A stretch of DNA of 64,000 nt from contig CAVVYR010000007.1 of NCBI GenBank assembly GCA_963752475.1, forward strand, positions 352,001-416,000, given 5' to 3'. Position numbers and translations under genes: made by a program. The number at the start of each line of letters is the position of its first letter. Position 1 is the stretch's first letter. Positions 10,251 to 19,047 of this stretch are shown one piece after another. Source of the DNA: an uncultured Chloroflexia bacterium. Its GTDB lineage: Bacteria; Chloroflexota; Limnocylindria; Limnocylindrales; CSP1-4. Below the pieces are notes generated by a model. That model saw nothing but the letters and a program-made list of their open reading frames with translations, searched no databases and was not told the DNA's origin.

Positions 10251-10976
10251 TCAGCGGGTCGGGTCCGCGTCGACCCCTGCCAGCAAGTCCCGTCCCCGGG
10301 CCATCGCCTCCGAGACGTCGGCGTCTGGGTTCGCGCGCTCGATCCACATCCGGAACCACGGGCCCGGGTCGTCCGACCAGGTGGCCGTGGCCAGGCCGGG
10401 GAGGAGCACGCCGTCGATCGTCGTGCGCCAGTCCGAGTACCCGACCGACCACTCGACCGGCCGGCCGCCGGGGCCCTTGTGGCGCTCGGCGGTGAAGTCC
10501 GTCGGATAGCCGCTCTCGGGGTCGAAGGCCAGGCGGGCCGACACACGCTCGTGGCCATAGGGCAGGGCCACGTCCGTGGTCTCGTCATCGACCGTCGACC
10601 ACTCGACCTCTTCGCGTTCGCGCCAGGCCGCGGGGAAGAGGATCGCCTCGGCCCACATGAAGAGCGCCGCCGCCTGGTCGATCTCGGGCCCGATGTCGAG
10701 CGTGTGGCTGATGCGGCTGAAGCCGCGCCCGTCGACGTAGCCGTCCATGCCACGGATGAAGGTGAGCGGCCCGATACCCACGCGCAGGTCCGCGAGGTGG
10801 TGCTGCCCCAGCTCGTGCCACATCACAGCCTCGATGGGCAGCCAGAAGCCGCGGCCGTCTCGGCGGAAGCGCGTTCGCCCCTCGATCACCGCGCTGTTGG
10901 TCGGCTGCATGGTGCCTTCGAGTGCCTGGAGCCAGCGTTCGACCGGGCCGGGCAGTGTCTCGCTCATGGGGGGCAT
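10251..10976 (-). CDS. Conserved hypothetical protein (DUF6544-like)
   Basis: Long ORF with normal codon style; LPGPVERW N-terminus, WAEAILFP and Trp-rich C-terminus recall DUF6544 (from memory). Confidence 0.6.
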   Translation of the reverse strand: MPPMSETLPGPVERWLQALEGTMQPTNSAVIEGRTRFRRDGRGFWLPIEAVMWHELGQHHLADLRVGIGPLTFIRGMDGYVDGRGFSRISHTLDIGPEIDQAAALFMWAEAILFPAAWREREEVEWSTVDDETTDVALPYGHERVSARLAFDPESGYPTDFTAERHKGPGGRPVEWSVGYSDWRTTIDGVLLPGLATATWSDDPGPWFRMWIERANPDADVSEAMARGRDLLAGVDADPTR

Positions 10977-11006
10977 CGTCTCACCCTCGCCCGGGGTCGG
11001 TGGTCG

Positions 11007-12815
11007 CTAGCGCGCGAGGCCGTGGCCGAAGGGGTAGAGGGTGCCGCCGCCCAGCTTCGGGATCCGTACCGGGAGAGAGCCGCCCACGGGTGCGTTGCCG
11101 GTGATGGCGCGAGCGAGACCGCGCATCGAGACCGGCACATCCGAGTAGGTCGCGACCTGCGCGGGCGCTGACGGGAACCAGGCCGCGTCATAGGGTGAGC
11201 CGGCATACACGACCAGCACGCGCCCCCTTGAATCGACCAGCCGCTTCACGAGCGAGCGCTGTCGCGGAAACGCGCCGAGGTGCTCGGTGATCACGATGGT
11301 GAGATCGCCGGAGTCCGCGAGGCGCTGTGCCTTGCGGGCCTCCTTCGCACCCGGGTCGCTGCCGGTCCAGGCAGTGGTCACCTTCCGGCCGGTGTCCTCC
11401 AGCGTCCGCTCGAGCGCGCCCGCGCCTTCTGGTCGGACACCCGTCAGGGCGATGTCCCAGCTCGCTTCGAGTGGCAGCCACCGTTGGCGGTCGCGCAGCA
11501 CCGTCACGGCCGATCCGCCCACGGCTCGTGCGACCTCGACATCTTCGGGCGTGCCCAGGGCGGCCTCGACCGCATCGACATCGACGTAGGGGTCGTCGAG
11601 CAGACCCAGGCGTTCCTTCAGGCGGAGGATGCGCTCGACCGATCGATCGAGCCGCTTCTCACTGATCTCGCCGGCCTCGACGGCCCGCAGGACACCCTGG
11701 AAGGCGGTCGGCAGGTGCGGTGGGTCGGCCAGGATGTCGGCCCCGGCCTTGAGCGCCAACACCGGCGCGCGGGCATCCCCGTAGCCGTCCCGGATGGCCG
11801 CCATCGTCAGGGAGTCGGTCATGACCACGCCGTCGTAGCCCAGCTGCTCGCGCAGGACACCGGTCAGGATCGGCCGCGAGAGCGTCGCGGGGCGCCCGCC
11901 GGGATCGAGCGAAGGCACGCGCACATGGGCCGTCATGATCACGTCCGCACCAGCCTCGATGGCCGCCTCGAACGGCGGCGCGTCGAGCTCCCACCAGGTG
12001 GCCTTGCTGTGGCGGATGGTGGGCAGGCCGTCGTGGCTGTCGATGCTGGTGTCGCCGTGACCCGGGAAGTGCTTGACCGTGGCGGCGACCGCCGCATCCT
12101 CCTCGAATCCGGCGACCTGGGCCGCCGTCATCCTCGAGACGAGCGCGGGCTTGGAGCCGAGCGAGCGGACCCCGATGACGGGGTTGAGCGGGTTGTTGTT
12201 GACGTCGGCGACGGGCGCCAGCTGCTGATTGATGCCGACCGCGCGCAGGTCCTCGCCGGTGACACGGGCGGCCTCGCGCGCGAGCGTCTCGTCACGGGTC
12301 GCGCCCAGCGCCATCGCGCCCGGGAAGCGGGCTGCCGGTGGCCCCAGCCGCTCGACGACCCCGTGCTCCTGGTCGGTGCTGATGAGGACGGGCACGGTCC
12401 CGGCGTCGATGGCTGCCCGTTGGATGCCGTTCGAGAGCCGGGCGATCTGCCGCGGGTTCTGGAGGTTGCCGGCGTATTCGAAGTAGACGATGGCTCCGAC
12501 CGGGAACCGCTCGAACAGCTCGCGCGCGTCCGCGACGCCGAGGTGCGCCTCGTTGTTGCCGACCGCTCCCGGGGCCGGGGACTTCGCCCGGAAGCCATAG
12601 ACGCGGCTCATGAACAGCTGCCCCACCTTCTGTCGGCGGGACATGCCGGCCATGATCTCGGCCACGCGGTCGGTCTCGCCGGCGTCTTGGAGCACAGGGA
12701 TGGGCTCTGCCGAAGCTGGGGGTTCCGGACTCGGGGCCTGGGCAGCGGCGCCCGGGGTCGGGAGCATGACCAGCAGGGCCATCAACGCCACGATCACAGG
12801 GGTTCGGCGTGTCAT
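11007..12815 (-). CDS. nagZ: Secreted GH3 beta-N-acetylhexosaminidase (NagZ-like with C-terminal domain)
   Basis: Signal peptide MTRRTPVIVALMALL; STDQEHG, APVADVN, KHFPGHGDTSIDSH, TDSLTM. Confidence 0.88.
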   Translation of the reverse strand: MTRRTPVIVALMALLVMLPTPGAAAQAPSPEPPASAEPIPVLQDAGETDRVAEIMAGMSRRQKVGQLFMSRVYGFRAKSPAPGAVGNNEAHLGVADARELFERFPVGAIVYFEYAGNLQNPRQIARLSNGIQRAAIDAGTVPVLISTDQEHGVVERLGPPAARFPGAMALGATRDETLAREAARVTGEDLRAVGINQQLAPVADVNNNPLNPVIGVRSLGSKPALVSRMTAAQVAGFEEDAAVAATVKHFPGHGDTSIDSHDGLPTIRHSKATWWELDAPPFEAAIEAGADVIMTAHVRVPSLDPGGRPATLSRPILTGVLREQLGYDGVVMTDSLTMAAIRDGYGDARAPVLALKAGADILADPPHLPTAFQGVLRAVEAGEISEKRLDRSVERILRLKERLGLLDDPYVDVDAVEAALGTPEDVEVARAVGGSAVTVLRDRQRWLPLEASWDIALTGVRPEGAGALERTLEDTGRKVTTAWTGSDPGAKEARKAQRLADSGDLTIVITEHLGAFPRQRSLVKRLVDSRGRVLVVYAGSPYDAAWFPSAPAQVATYSDVPVSMRGLARAITGNAPVGGSLPVRIPKLGGGTLYPFGHGLAR

Positions 12816-12859
12816 CGGACCGCCCATTCTGGCACCGCTCGGCGTTCTATCCTCTGCCC

Positions 12860-12943
12860 AAGTCTCGAACCGTCTTCAGCGGGGCCAGGGTCTTCGACGG
12901 GACCGGAGCTGATCCCCATCCCGCGGACGTCGTCATCGAGGGC
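12860..12943 (+). pseudogene. 5' remnant of an amidohydrolase-family gene
   Basis: Reads (K)SRTVFSGARVFDGTGADPHPADVVIEG, a typical amidohydrolase N-terminus; AAG sits where ATG is expected, 6 nt after TATCCT; similarity stops at the tandem repeat. Confidence 0.6.
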
Positions 12944-13177
12944 CCCGCGCTCGTAGCCAGTCGTCGCCCCCACCGACGCTCGCCCGCGGCCGTAGTCACT
13001 CGTCGCCCCCATCGACGCGAGCCCGCGCTCGTAGCCGCTCGTCGCCCCCACCGACGCGAGCCCGCGCTTGTAGCCGCTCGTCGCCCCCATCGACGCTAGC
13101 CCGCGCTTGTAGCCACTCGTCGCCCCCACCGACGCTAGCCCGTGCTTGTAGCCACTCGTCGCCCCCACCGACGCTAT
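12944..13177. repeat. Tandem repeat, 6 x 39 bp
   Basis: Units start at 12944, 12983, 13022, 13061, 13100, 13139; consensus CCCGCGCTYGTAGCCRCTCGTCGCCCCCAYCGACGCTAG; no spacers. Confidence 0.95.
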
Positions 13178-13443
13178 GGAGCCACTCGGCGGGTTTCGAT
13201 GGTCATGTGTCGCTCGAACCGACGCTAGCCCCACGAATCGGTCGAGCAGGGCGCCATCCGCGATGCTGGGCGCTCGCCGGTATGCCCCGCCACGCTCAGC
13301 GCAGGTGCCCCTGGTTCGACTCCGACGGGATCCGCTGACTACGAGTGTGACTTGCGTCGACTGGAGCGACGGATGTCCACATCGACAGGCGGGGTACCCA
13401 CCCCGGGGGTCACCGGGCCAGGGGAGTGGACTCCACCCAAGGC

Positions 13444-14451
13444 CTAGTCTGCTTCGCGGATCTGCGAGCGCGCGGGCACCGGCTCGGCCGACTCGCCAGG
13501 CAGGAAGACCCGGTCGAACCACTCTCGGACCGCCGGCGGCGTGTGGACCACGATGTAGTAGGCGACGTAGGCGTAGGCCGCGCCGGCGATGCAGTCGTGC
13601 AGCCAGTGGTCGCCGGTGTAGACGACCGAAAGGGCCACCACGGCTGCGTAGCCGGCCACGATCCAGGCCACGCGCCCGAACGCGCGCCGCAGCACCAGGA
13701 AGGCCAGGAATGGGTAGGCCACGTGGAGCGACGGCCAAGCGGCCACATCGTTGGGACCGGCCGCGTAGAAGATGTTCTCGTAGACGTTGTTGCCGTCGAG
13801 GCCCATCGCGGCGCCGAGGTCGGCGAACGTCTCCGGCTTCAGATAGGCGATGACCGGCAGGCCGTCGGGACCGTTCAGCAGGCCCTCGTTGGCCGCGTAC
13901 CAGGGCGGGGCGGCCGGCATGAGCAGGTACGTCGTGAAGGCGGCCATGCTGAGCACGATGAGCGCGGCCATGTAGTCGTGGAACTGCTCACGGCGCCACT
14001 TCCACAGGAGTACGCCAGTGGCGATCGGGATGAGGAAGTGGAACATATAGACCGCGGTCGAAAGCAGGGCCACCCAGTCGAAGCCGGCGAGCGGGCGGAT
14101 CGCATCCTGGAGCACCTGCGTGGGCAGAGCTCCCAGTCCGAGCATGCGTTCGGCCTCGATGAGCGACGCCATCTGCAGCGGGAAGCCGGCGTCGTCGGCC
14201 AGGCCGCGCATCAGCTCGTACGCCAGGAGCAGGGCCACGATGGGCGTCCAGTCGGAGAGCCAGGTGCGTCCGCGCAGCATCAAGACACCACCCAGCGCGA
14301 CGGCCACGACGACGACGTCGGGGGTGATGGCGGCGGAGTTCTTGAAGATCAGGGCCCCGATGAGGAGCGCATAGCACGCCAGCCCCAACAGCAGCAGCCG
14401 CTCATTGCGCAGCCGCAATTCTCCCGATCTCGTCATGTCCAGGTCGGTCAC
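13444..14451 (-). CDS. PAP2-superfamily membrane protein (AUR1/inositol phosphorylceramide synthase-like)
   Basis: Multiple TM segments; PAAPPWY, AAWPSLHVA and YTGDHWLHD motifs. Confidence 0.82.
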   Translation of the reverse strand: MTDLDMTRSGELRLRNERLLLLGLACYALLIGALIFKNSAAITPDVVVVAVALGGVLMLRGRTWLSDWTPIVALLLAYELMRGLADDAGFPLQMASLIEAERMLGLGALPTQVLQDAIRPLAGFDWVALLSTAVYMFHFLIPIATGVLLWKWRREQFHDYMAALIVLSMAAFTTYLLMPAAPPWYAANEGLLNGPDGLPVIAYLKPETFADLGAAMGLDGNNVYENIFYAAGPNDVAAWPSLHVAYPFLAFLVLRRAFGRVAWIVAGYAAVVALSVVYTGDHWLHDCIAGAAYAYVAYYIVVHTPPAVREWFDRVFLPGESAEPVPARSQIREAD

Positions 14452-14697
14452 ACGGCGTCCCTTGTCAAGGGTCTTCCGAACCGGAAGTCGGATCGTTCCG
14501 ATGAATCGTACCCTGAGGTGGTGCGTGGGGACAAGGGGTGCCGAGCCAGGTGAAGCGGGGATGCAAACCGGACGAAGGCTGAGCTAAGGGGCGCTCGCTA
14601 CTGTGCCCACATCCACCGCCGAGGACCCGCCGAAGCCGAACCCGCCGGTTCTGTAGATGGCCGGACGCTGTGTGCATTCGTCCGGCAAGGAGGTCCT

Positions 14698-15165
14698 ATG
14701 AACCGTGTCCTGTTGACCGGACGGTTGACGCGCGATCCCGAGATGCGCTCGCTGCCGAGTGGCAAGACCGTCACCAACTTCTCGGTAGCCACCAACGAGT
14801 ACCGCAAGGGAGAGGAGTACACCGAGTACCACTCCGTGGTCACGTGGGAGCGCCTCGCGGAGATCTGCGGCCAGTTCTTGGGCAAGGGCCAGATGGTGTC
14901 GCTCGAAGGGCGGCTCCAAACGCGTCGCTGGGAGGATGACCACAAGATCAAGCACTACCGCACCGAGATCGTGGCCAACACCGTGGAGATGCTCTCGGGC
15001 CGTCGCAAGAAGGACTATGCGGCGGAGTCCGCGGCCCAGGCGCTCGAGACCCAGGCGGAGGTCATGGGCCTCGACCCGGTCGGACCCGACGACTACATCG
15101 AGGCCGAGGACGTCGATGACTCCGACACCGTCGAGCCAGCAGAGCCCGAGGCCGTCGCTGCCTGA
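14698..15165 (+). CDS. ssb: Single-stranded DNA-binding protein
   Basis: MNRVLLTGRLTRDPEMR, LGKGQMVSLEGRLQTRRW OB fold; AAGGAGG RBS. Confidence 0.93.
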   Translation: MNRVLLTGRLTRDPEMRSLPSGKTVTNFSVATNEYRKGEEYTEYHSVVTWERLAEICGQFLGKGQMVSLEGRLQTRRWEDDHKIKHYRTEIVANTVEMLSGRRKKDYAAESAAQALETQAEVMGLDPVGPDDYIEAEDVDDSDTVEPAEPEAVAA

Positions 15166-15183
15166 CGCTCATCCCTGACCGAG

Positions 15184-15217
15184 CGGCCGGCGCCGTCCTC
15201 CCCTCCGGCGCCGGCCG
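15184..15217 (+). terminator. GC-rich hairpin after ssb
   Basis: CGGCCGGCGCCG-loop-CGGCGCCGGCCG; no clear U-tract. Confidence 0.5.
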
Positions 15218-15312
15218 TCCCGGCTTGCCATGCGTCCTAGACTGTCCGAGCGCGAGGCGGACAAGGACACGTCGCTTCGTGACCCACACCGGGGGGCACG
15301 AGGGAGAGAACC

Positions 15313-15681
15313 ATGCGCATCGCCGCCACCCTGCCAGCTTCCGACATCGAGCGTGCGAAGGACTGGTACGCCAGGATCTTCCAGATCGAACCGATCGAAC
15401 AGACCGAGGACGGTTCCTACTGGTTCGAGCTCGACGGTATCCGGTTCCTCGTCTACGCCTCACGGTTCGCCGGGACCAACCAGGCCACGGCTGCCGGCAT
15501 CGAGGTCGAGGACGTCGCGGCTGCTGTCGCCGAGTTCAGCTCTCGGGGCGCGAAGTTCCAGGACTACGACTTCGGCGATGACTTCCGTACGGTCGACCAC
15601 ATCCTCACCACGCCGACGGGAACGAAGCTGGCCTGGATGCAGGATTCGGAAGGCAACATCCTCGGCCTCTCCACGAGCTAG
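15313..15681 (+). CDS. VOC/glyoxalase family protein
   Basis: ATLPASDIERAKDWY and AWMQDSEGNILGL motifs; GGAG RBS. Confidence 0.85.
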   Translation: MRIAATLPASDIERAKDWYARIFQIEPIEQTEDGSYWFELDGIRFLVYASRFAGTNQATAAGIEVEDVAAAVAEFSSRGAKFQDYDFGDDFRTVDHILTTPTGTKLAWMQDSEGNILGLSTS

Positions 15682-15870
15682 CGACATCGTCGAGACCATC
15701 ACCAGCGGGCGCGAGGTACGAGCGTGCGCGTGTCCGTTCGATGGAAGTGGGATTCGACCCTTGGCGAGTATCCTTGTGTCGGCGGCACAGCCGCGAACGA
15801 CACGAGCATCGAGCGGACGATCCCCAGGGTCCGTCGATCACGATACTGGGGGTCCCGCGAAGGAGGGGTC

Positions 15871-16215
15871 ATGTTTCGTTTCATCATCGGCCTGGTCAGT
15901 GGTGTGGCCATCGGTGCCGCCGCCGCCAGCGTGAGTCAGGGCCAGTCCGGCCAGGACCTGCGCGCTGAGTTCGACCGCATCCGCAACGACCTGCAGGAGC
16001 GCAACTTCGACGCCCTCGGCGCCCATCTCGAGGAGCGCTTCAAGGAACTGCAGGTCAACCTCGAAGAGCGCTTCGCCGAGGTCCAGCAAGCTGCCGCCGA
16101 GAAGGCGGAAGAGTCTGCCGCGGCTGCGGAAGACGTCGCCGACGAACTCGTCGAGAAGGCTGACGAAGCAGTCGAGGAAGCCGAGGACGCCGCGGAGGAG
16201 GCCAAGGAGGCCTAG
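15871..16215 (+). CDS. YtxH-like small protein with N-terminal membrane anchor
   Basis: AGGAGG RBS then MFRFIIGLVSGVAIGAAAA..SGQDLR, followed by an acidic coiled-coil. Confidence 0.65.
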   Translation: MFRFIIGLVSGVAIGAAAASVSQGQSGQDLRAEFDRIRNDLQERNFDALGAHLEERFKELQVNLEERFAEVQQAAAEKAEESAAAAEDVADELVEKADEAVEEAEDAAEEAKEA

Positions 16216-16250
16216 CCTTTGGGCGCAACGCTCCCGCAACCACGACACAA

Positions 16251-16284
16251 GACGGCCGTGACCCCTCGCAGGGACACGGCCGTC
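16251..16284 (+). terminator. Hairpin after the YtxH-like gene
   Basis: GACGGCCGTG...CACGGCCGTC 10-bp stem with inner CCCT/AGGG. Confidence 0.55.
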
Positions 16285-16447
16285 TATCATCTGTCGGTAA
16301 TCGCGCCGCGGGCCGCAGTCCGCCGCAAGGGAGAGGAGTCATCACCAGCATCGGAGTGGCCGTCCGGACCGGACGGCCATCGGCACCTGTCAACGTCCCC
16401 GCGGGGAACCAGGGGGCTGGTGTACCCATAGCGCGAGGGACCGCCTG

Positions 16448-17743
16448 ATGCCCGCCAGCGTGATCGTCGGCCTCCAATGGGGCGACGAGGGCAAGGGCAA
16501 GGCCGTCGACCTGCTCTCGGAGTCGGTCTCGATGGTCGTTCGCTTCCAGGGTGGGGATAACGCCGGCCACACGGTCATCGTGGGTGACGAGGTCTTCAAG
16601 CTGCACCTCGTACCGTCGGGTGTCCTGCATCCGCACATCACACCGGTCATCGGCAACGGCGTGGTGGTCAACCCCCGGACGCTCATCACCGAGATGGACA
16701 TGCTCGCCCAGCGCGGCATCGATGTCTCGCGTATCCGCGTGAGCCGCGCGGCGCACGTGATCATGCCGTATCACATCGCCCTCGACGAAGCCATCGAGGC
16801 CCATCTCTCGGGCAACGAGATCGGCACCACCCGGCGAGGCATCGGCCCCACGTACGCGGACCGCGCCTCACGCGCCGGCGTGCGCATGGAGGACCTGCTC
16901 GACCCGGATGCGCTGAAGCGGCGCCTGTCCCTGGTCCTGCCCGAGCGCAACGCCATCCTGCACGAGTCCTACGGCCAGCACGGATTCGAGATGGACGAGC
17001 TTCTCGCGCAAGCCGCGAGCTGGGCCGAACGGCTGGGTCCACATATCGTCGATACCACGAACCTCGTGCAGGACGCTCTTGCGAAGGGCGAGCACGTCAT
17101 CCTCGAGGGCGCCCAGGGCACGCTCCTGGACCTCGACCACGGCACCTATCCGTTCGTGACCTCGAGCAACCCCATCGCCGGTGGCGCCACCACTGGCGGC
17201 GGCGTCGGCCCGCTCCAGATCGACCACATCCTCGGCATCATCAAGGCCTATTCCACGCGCGTCGGTGCGGGCCCGTTCCCCACCGAGCTCGATGACGAAG
17301 CCGGCCGCTACCTGCTCGAGAAGGGTCACGAGTTCGGTACCACTACCGGCCGGCAGCGACGCTGCGGCTGGCTCGATGCGGTGCCGTTGCGCTACTCGGT
17401 CGCCGTCAACTCGGTCAGCGACCTGATGGTCAACAAGCTCGACATCCTCAGCGGCCTCGAAGAGCTGCGCATCGCCACGAGCTACGTGGTCAAGGGCGAG
17501 GAGCGTCGCTGGCCGCTCTCATTGGCCGATCTGGAGCACGCCGAACCGGTCTACGAGGTGCTCCCGGGCTGGGAGGAAGACATCTCCGGCGCGCGCTCGA
17601 TAGAGGAACTGCCGGCCAACGCGGTGGCCTTCGTCGATGCCATCGAGCAGGCCGCGGGCGCGCCGGTGGCCATCGTCAGCGTCGGGCCCGAGCGGACCCA
17701 GACGATCCACCGCCAGCCCTTCCACCAGCGACCGCGAGCGTAG
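16448..17743 (+). CDS. purA: Adenylosuccinate synthetase
   Basis: QWGDEGKGK, GGDNAGHT, IGTTRRGIGPTY, EGAQGTLLDLDHGTYPFVTSS, EFGTTTGR. Confidence 0.98.
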   Translation: MPASVIVGLQWGDEGKGKAVDLLSESVSMVVRFQGGDNAGHTVIVGDEVFKLHLVPSGVLHPHITPVIGNGVVVNPRTLITEMDMLAQRGIDVSRIRVSRAAHVIMPYHIALDEAIEAHLSGNEIGTTRRGIGPTYADRASRAGVRMEDLLDPDALKRRLSLVLPERNAILHESYGQHGFEMDELLAQAASWAERLGPHIVDTTNLVQDALAKGEHVILEGAQGTLLDLDHGTYPFVTSSNPIAGGATTGGGVGPLQIDHILGIIKAYSTRVGAGPFPTELDDEAGRYLLEKGHEFGTTTGRQRRCGWLDAVPLRYSVAVNSVSDLMVNKLDILSGLEELRIATSYVVKGEERRWPLSLADLEHAEPVYEVLPGWEEDISGARSIEELPANAVAFVDAIEQAAGAPVAIVSVGPERTQTIHRQPFHQRPRA

Positions 17744-17745
17744 TC

Positions 17746-19047
17746 ATGATCGGGCGCTACACGACCCCCGAGATGGGGGCGCTGTGGTCGGATGCGGCTC
17801 GCTTCGAGCACATGCTGCAGGTGGAGATCGCCGTACTCGGGGCGCTCGCTGAGGAAGGCCAGGTGCCACCGGAAGCCGTGGCCGCGGTCGAGGCGCGTGC
17901 GGTCGTCGATATCGACCGCATCAACGAGATCGAGGCCACCACCGACCACGATGTCGTGGCCTTCGTCACGCAGGTCGCCGAGACCGTCGGTGAGGAGGGC
18001 CGCTGGATCCACTTCGGCCTGACCAGCAGCGACGTCGTCGACACCGCGCTCGCGCTGCAGTGTCGGGCCGCCGCCGACCTCATCCTGGCCGCGCTCGACG
18101 AGACCATCGCCGTGGTCGTGACCAAGGCGCGCGAGCATGCCGAGACGCTGCAGATGGGCCGCACCCATGGCGTCCACGCGGAGCCGCTGACGTTCGGGCT
18201 GAAGCTCACCACCTGGGCCTTCGAGCTCGACCGGGCGCGCACCCGTCTGCGTGCCGCCGCCGATGACCTCGCCACAGGCAAGATCTCCGGTCCGGTCGGG
18301 ACGTACTCACAGCTGCCGCCGTCGATCGAGGCCAGGGCGCTCGGCCGATTGGGCCTCAAGGCGGACGACGCCTCCACCCAGATCGTGCAGCGCGACCGGC
18401 ACGCGGCCTTCCTCGCGGCCATCGCCGTCACCGGCGGCTCCATCGAGCGATTCGCGGTCGAGATCCGCAACCTCCAGCACACCGAGCTGGCTGAGGTCGG
18501 CGAGCCCTTCAAGCGTGGCCAGACCGGCTCCTCGGCCATGCCCCACAAGCGCAATCCGATCCTCTCGGAACGTCTCACGGGCATGTCCCGCCTGCTCCGC
18601 GGCTATGCCGTCGCGGGCATGGAGGACCAAGCCCTATGGCACGAGCGCGACATCAGCCACTCATCGGTCGAGCGCGTGGCGCTGCCGGGTGCGACGACGC
18701 TGCTGCACTACATGCTCGGTCGTTTCCGCCGGCTCGTGGACGGACTCGTCGTGCGGCCGGAGCGCATGGCCCAGAACATCGAGCGCGGCCTGGGCCTGCA
18801 CTGCTCCTCGCGCGTGCTCACGTCGCTCGTCGATGCCGGTCTCGCCCGCACTGAGGCCTACCCGATCGTGCAGCGCAACGCTCTGCGCGCCTTCGATGAG
18901 CGGGTCAGCTTTCGCGAGCTCATCGAGGCCGACCCCGATGTCACCGCCACCCTCACACCCGAAGCCATCGAGCACTGCTTCGACGACCGCGCTTGGCTGA
19001 GCCACGTGCAGGGCGTCATCGCACGACTGGAGCGCCTGGACCCATGA
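17746..19047 (+). CDS. purB: Adenylosuccinate lyase
   Basis: HDVVAF, HFGLTSSDVVDT, GRTHGVHAEP, GSSAMPHKRNP. Confidence 0.97.
   Translation: MIGRYTTPEMGALWSDAARFEHMLQVEIAVLGALAEEGQVPPEAVAAVEARAVVDIDRINEIEATTDHDVVAFVTQVAETVGEEGRWIHFGLTSSDVVDTALALQCRAAADLILAALDETIAVVVTKAREHAETLQMGRTHGVHAEPLTFGLKLTTWAFELDRARTRLRAAADDLATGKISGPVGTYSQLPPSIEARALGRLGLKADDASTQIVQRDRHAAFLAAIAVTGGSIERFAVEIRNLQHTELAEVGEPFKRGQTGSSAMPHKRNPILSERLTGMSRLLRGYAVAGMEDQALWHERDISHSSVERVALPGATTLLHYMLGRFRRLVDGLVVRPERMAQNIERGLGLHCSSRVLTSLVDAGLARTEAYPIVQRNALRAFDERVSFRELIEADPDVTATLTPEAIEHCFDDRAWLSHVQGVIARLERLDP

Noticed and set aside
12944-13177. CRISPR array
   Set aside because: The 39-bp units are contiguous with no unique spacers, and no cas genes are in the window
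12812-13738. 308-aa minus-strand ORF containing the 13-aa repeat
   Set aside because: Overlaps the PAP2 gene out of frame, is Arg/Pro/Gly-rich shadow sequence, and stays open partly because the repeat unit is a multiple of 3
14534-14670. TPP or c-di-GMP-I riboswitch upstream of ssb
   Set aside because: GGGGTGCC...GGCTGAG and GCAAACC fragments are present, but the UGAGA and ACCUG cores and the spacing do not fit, and the gene context is implausible
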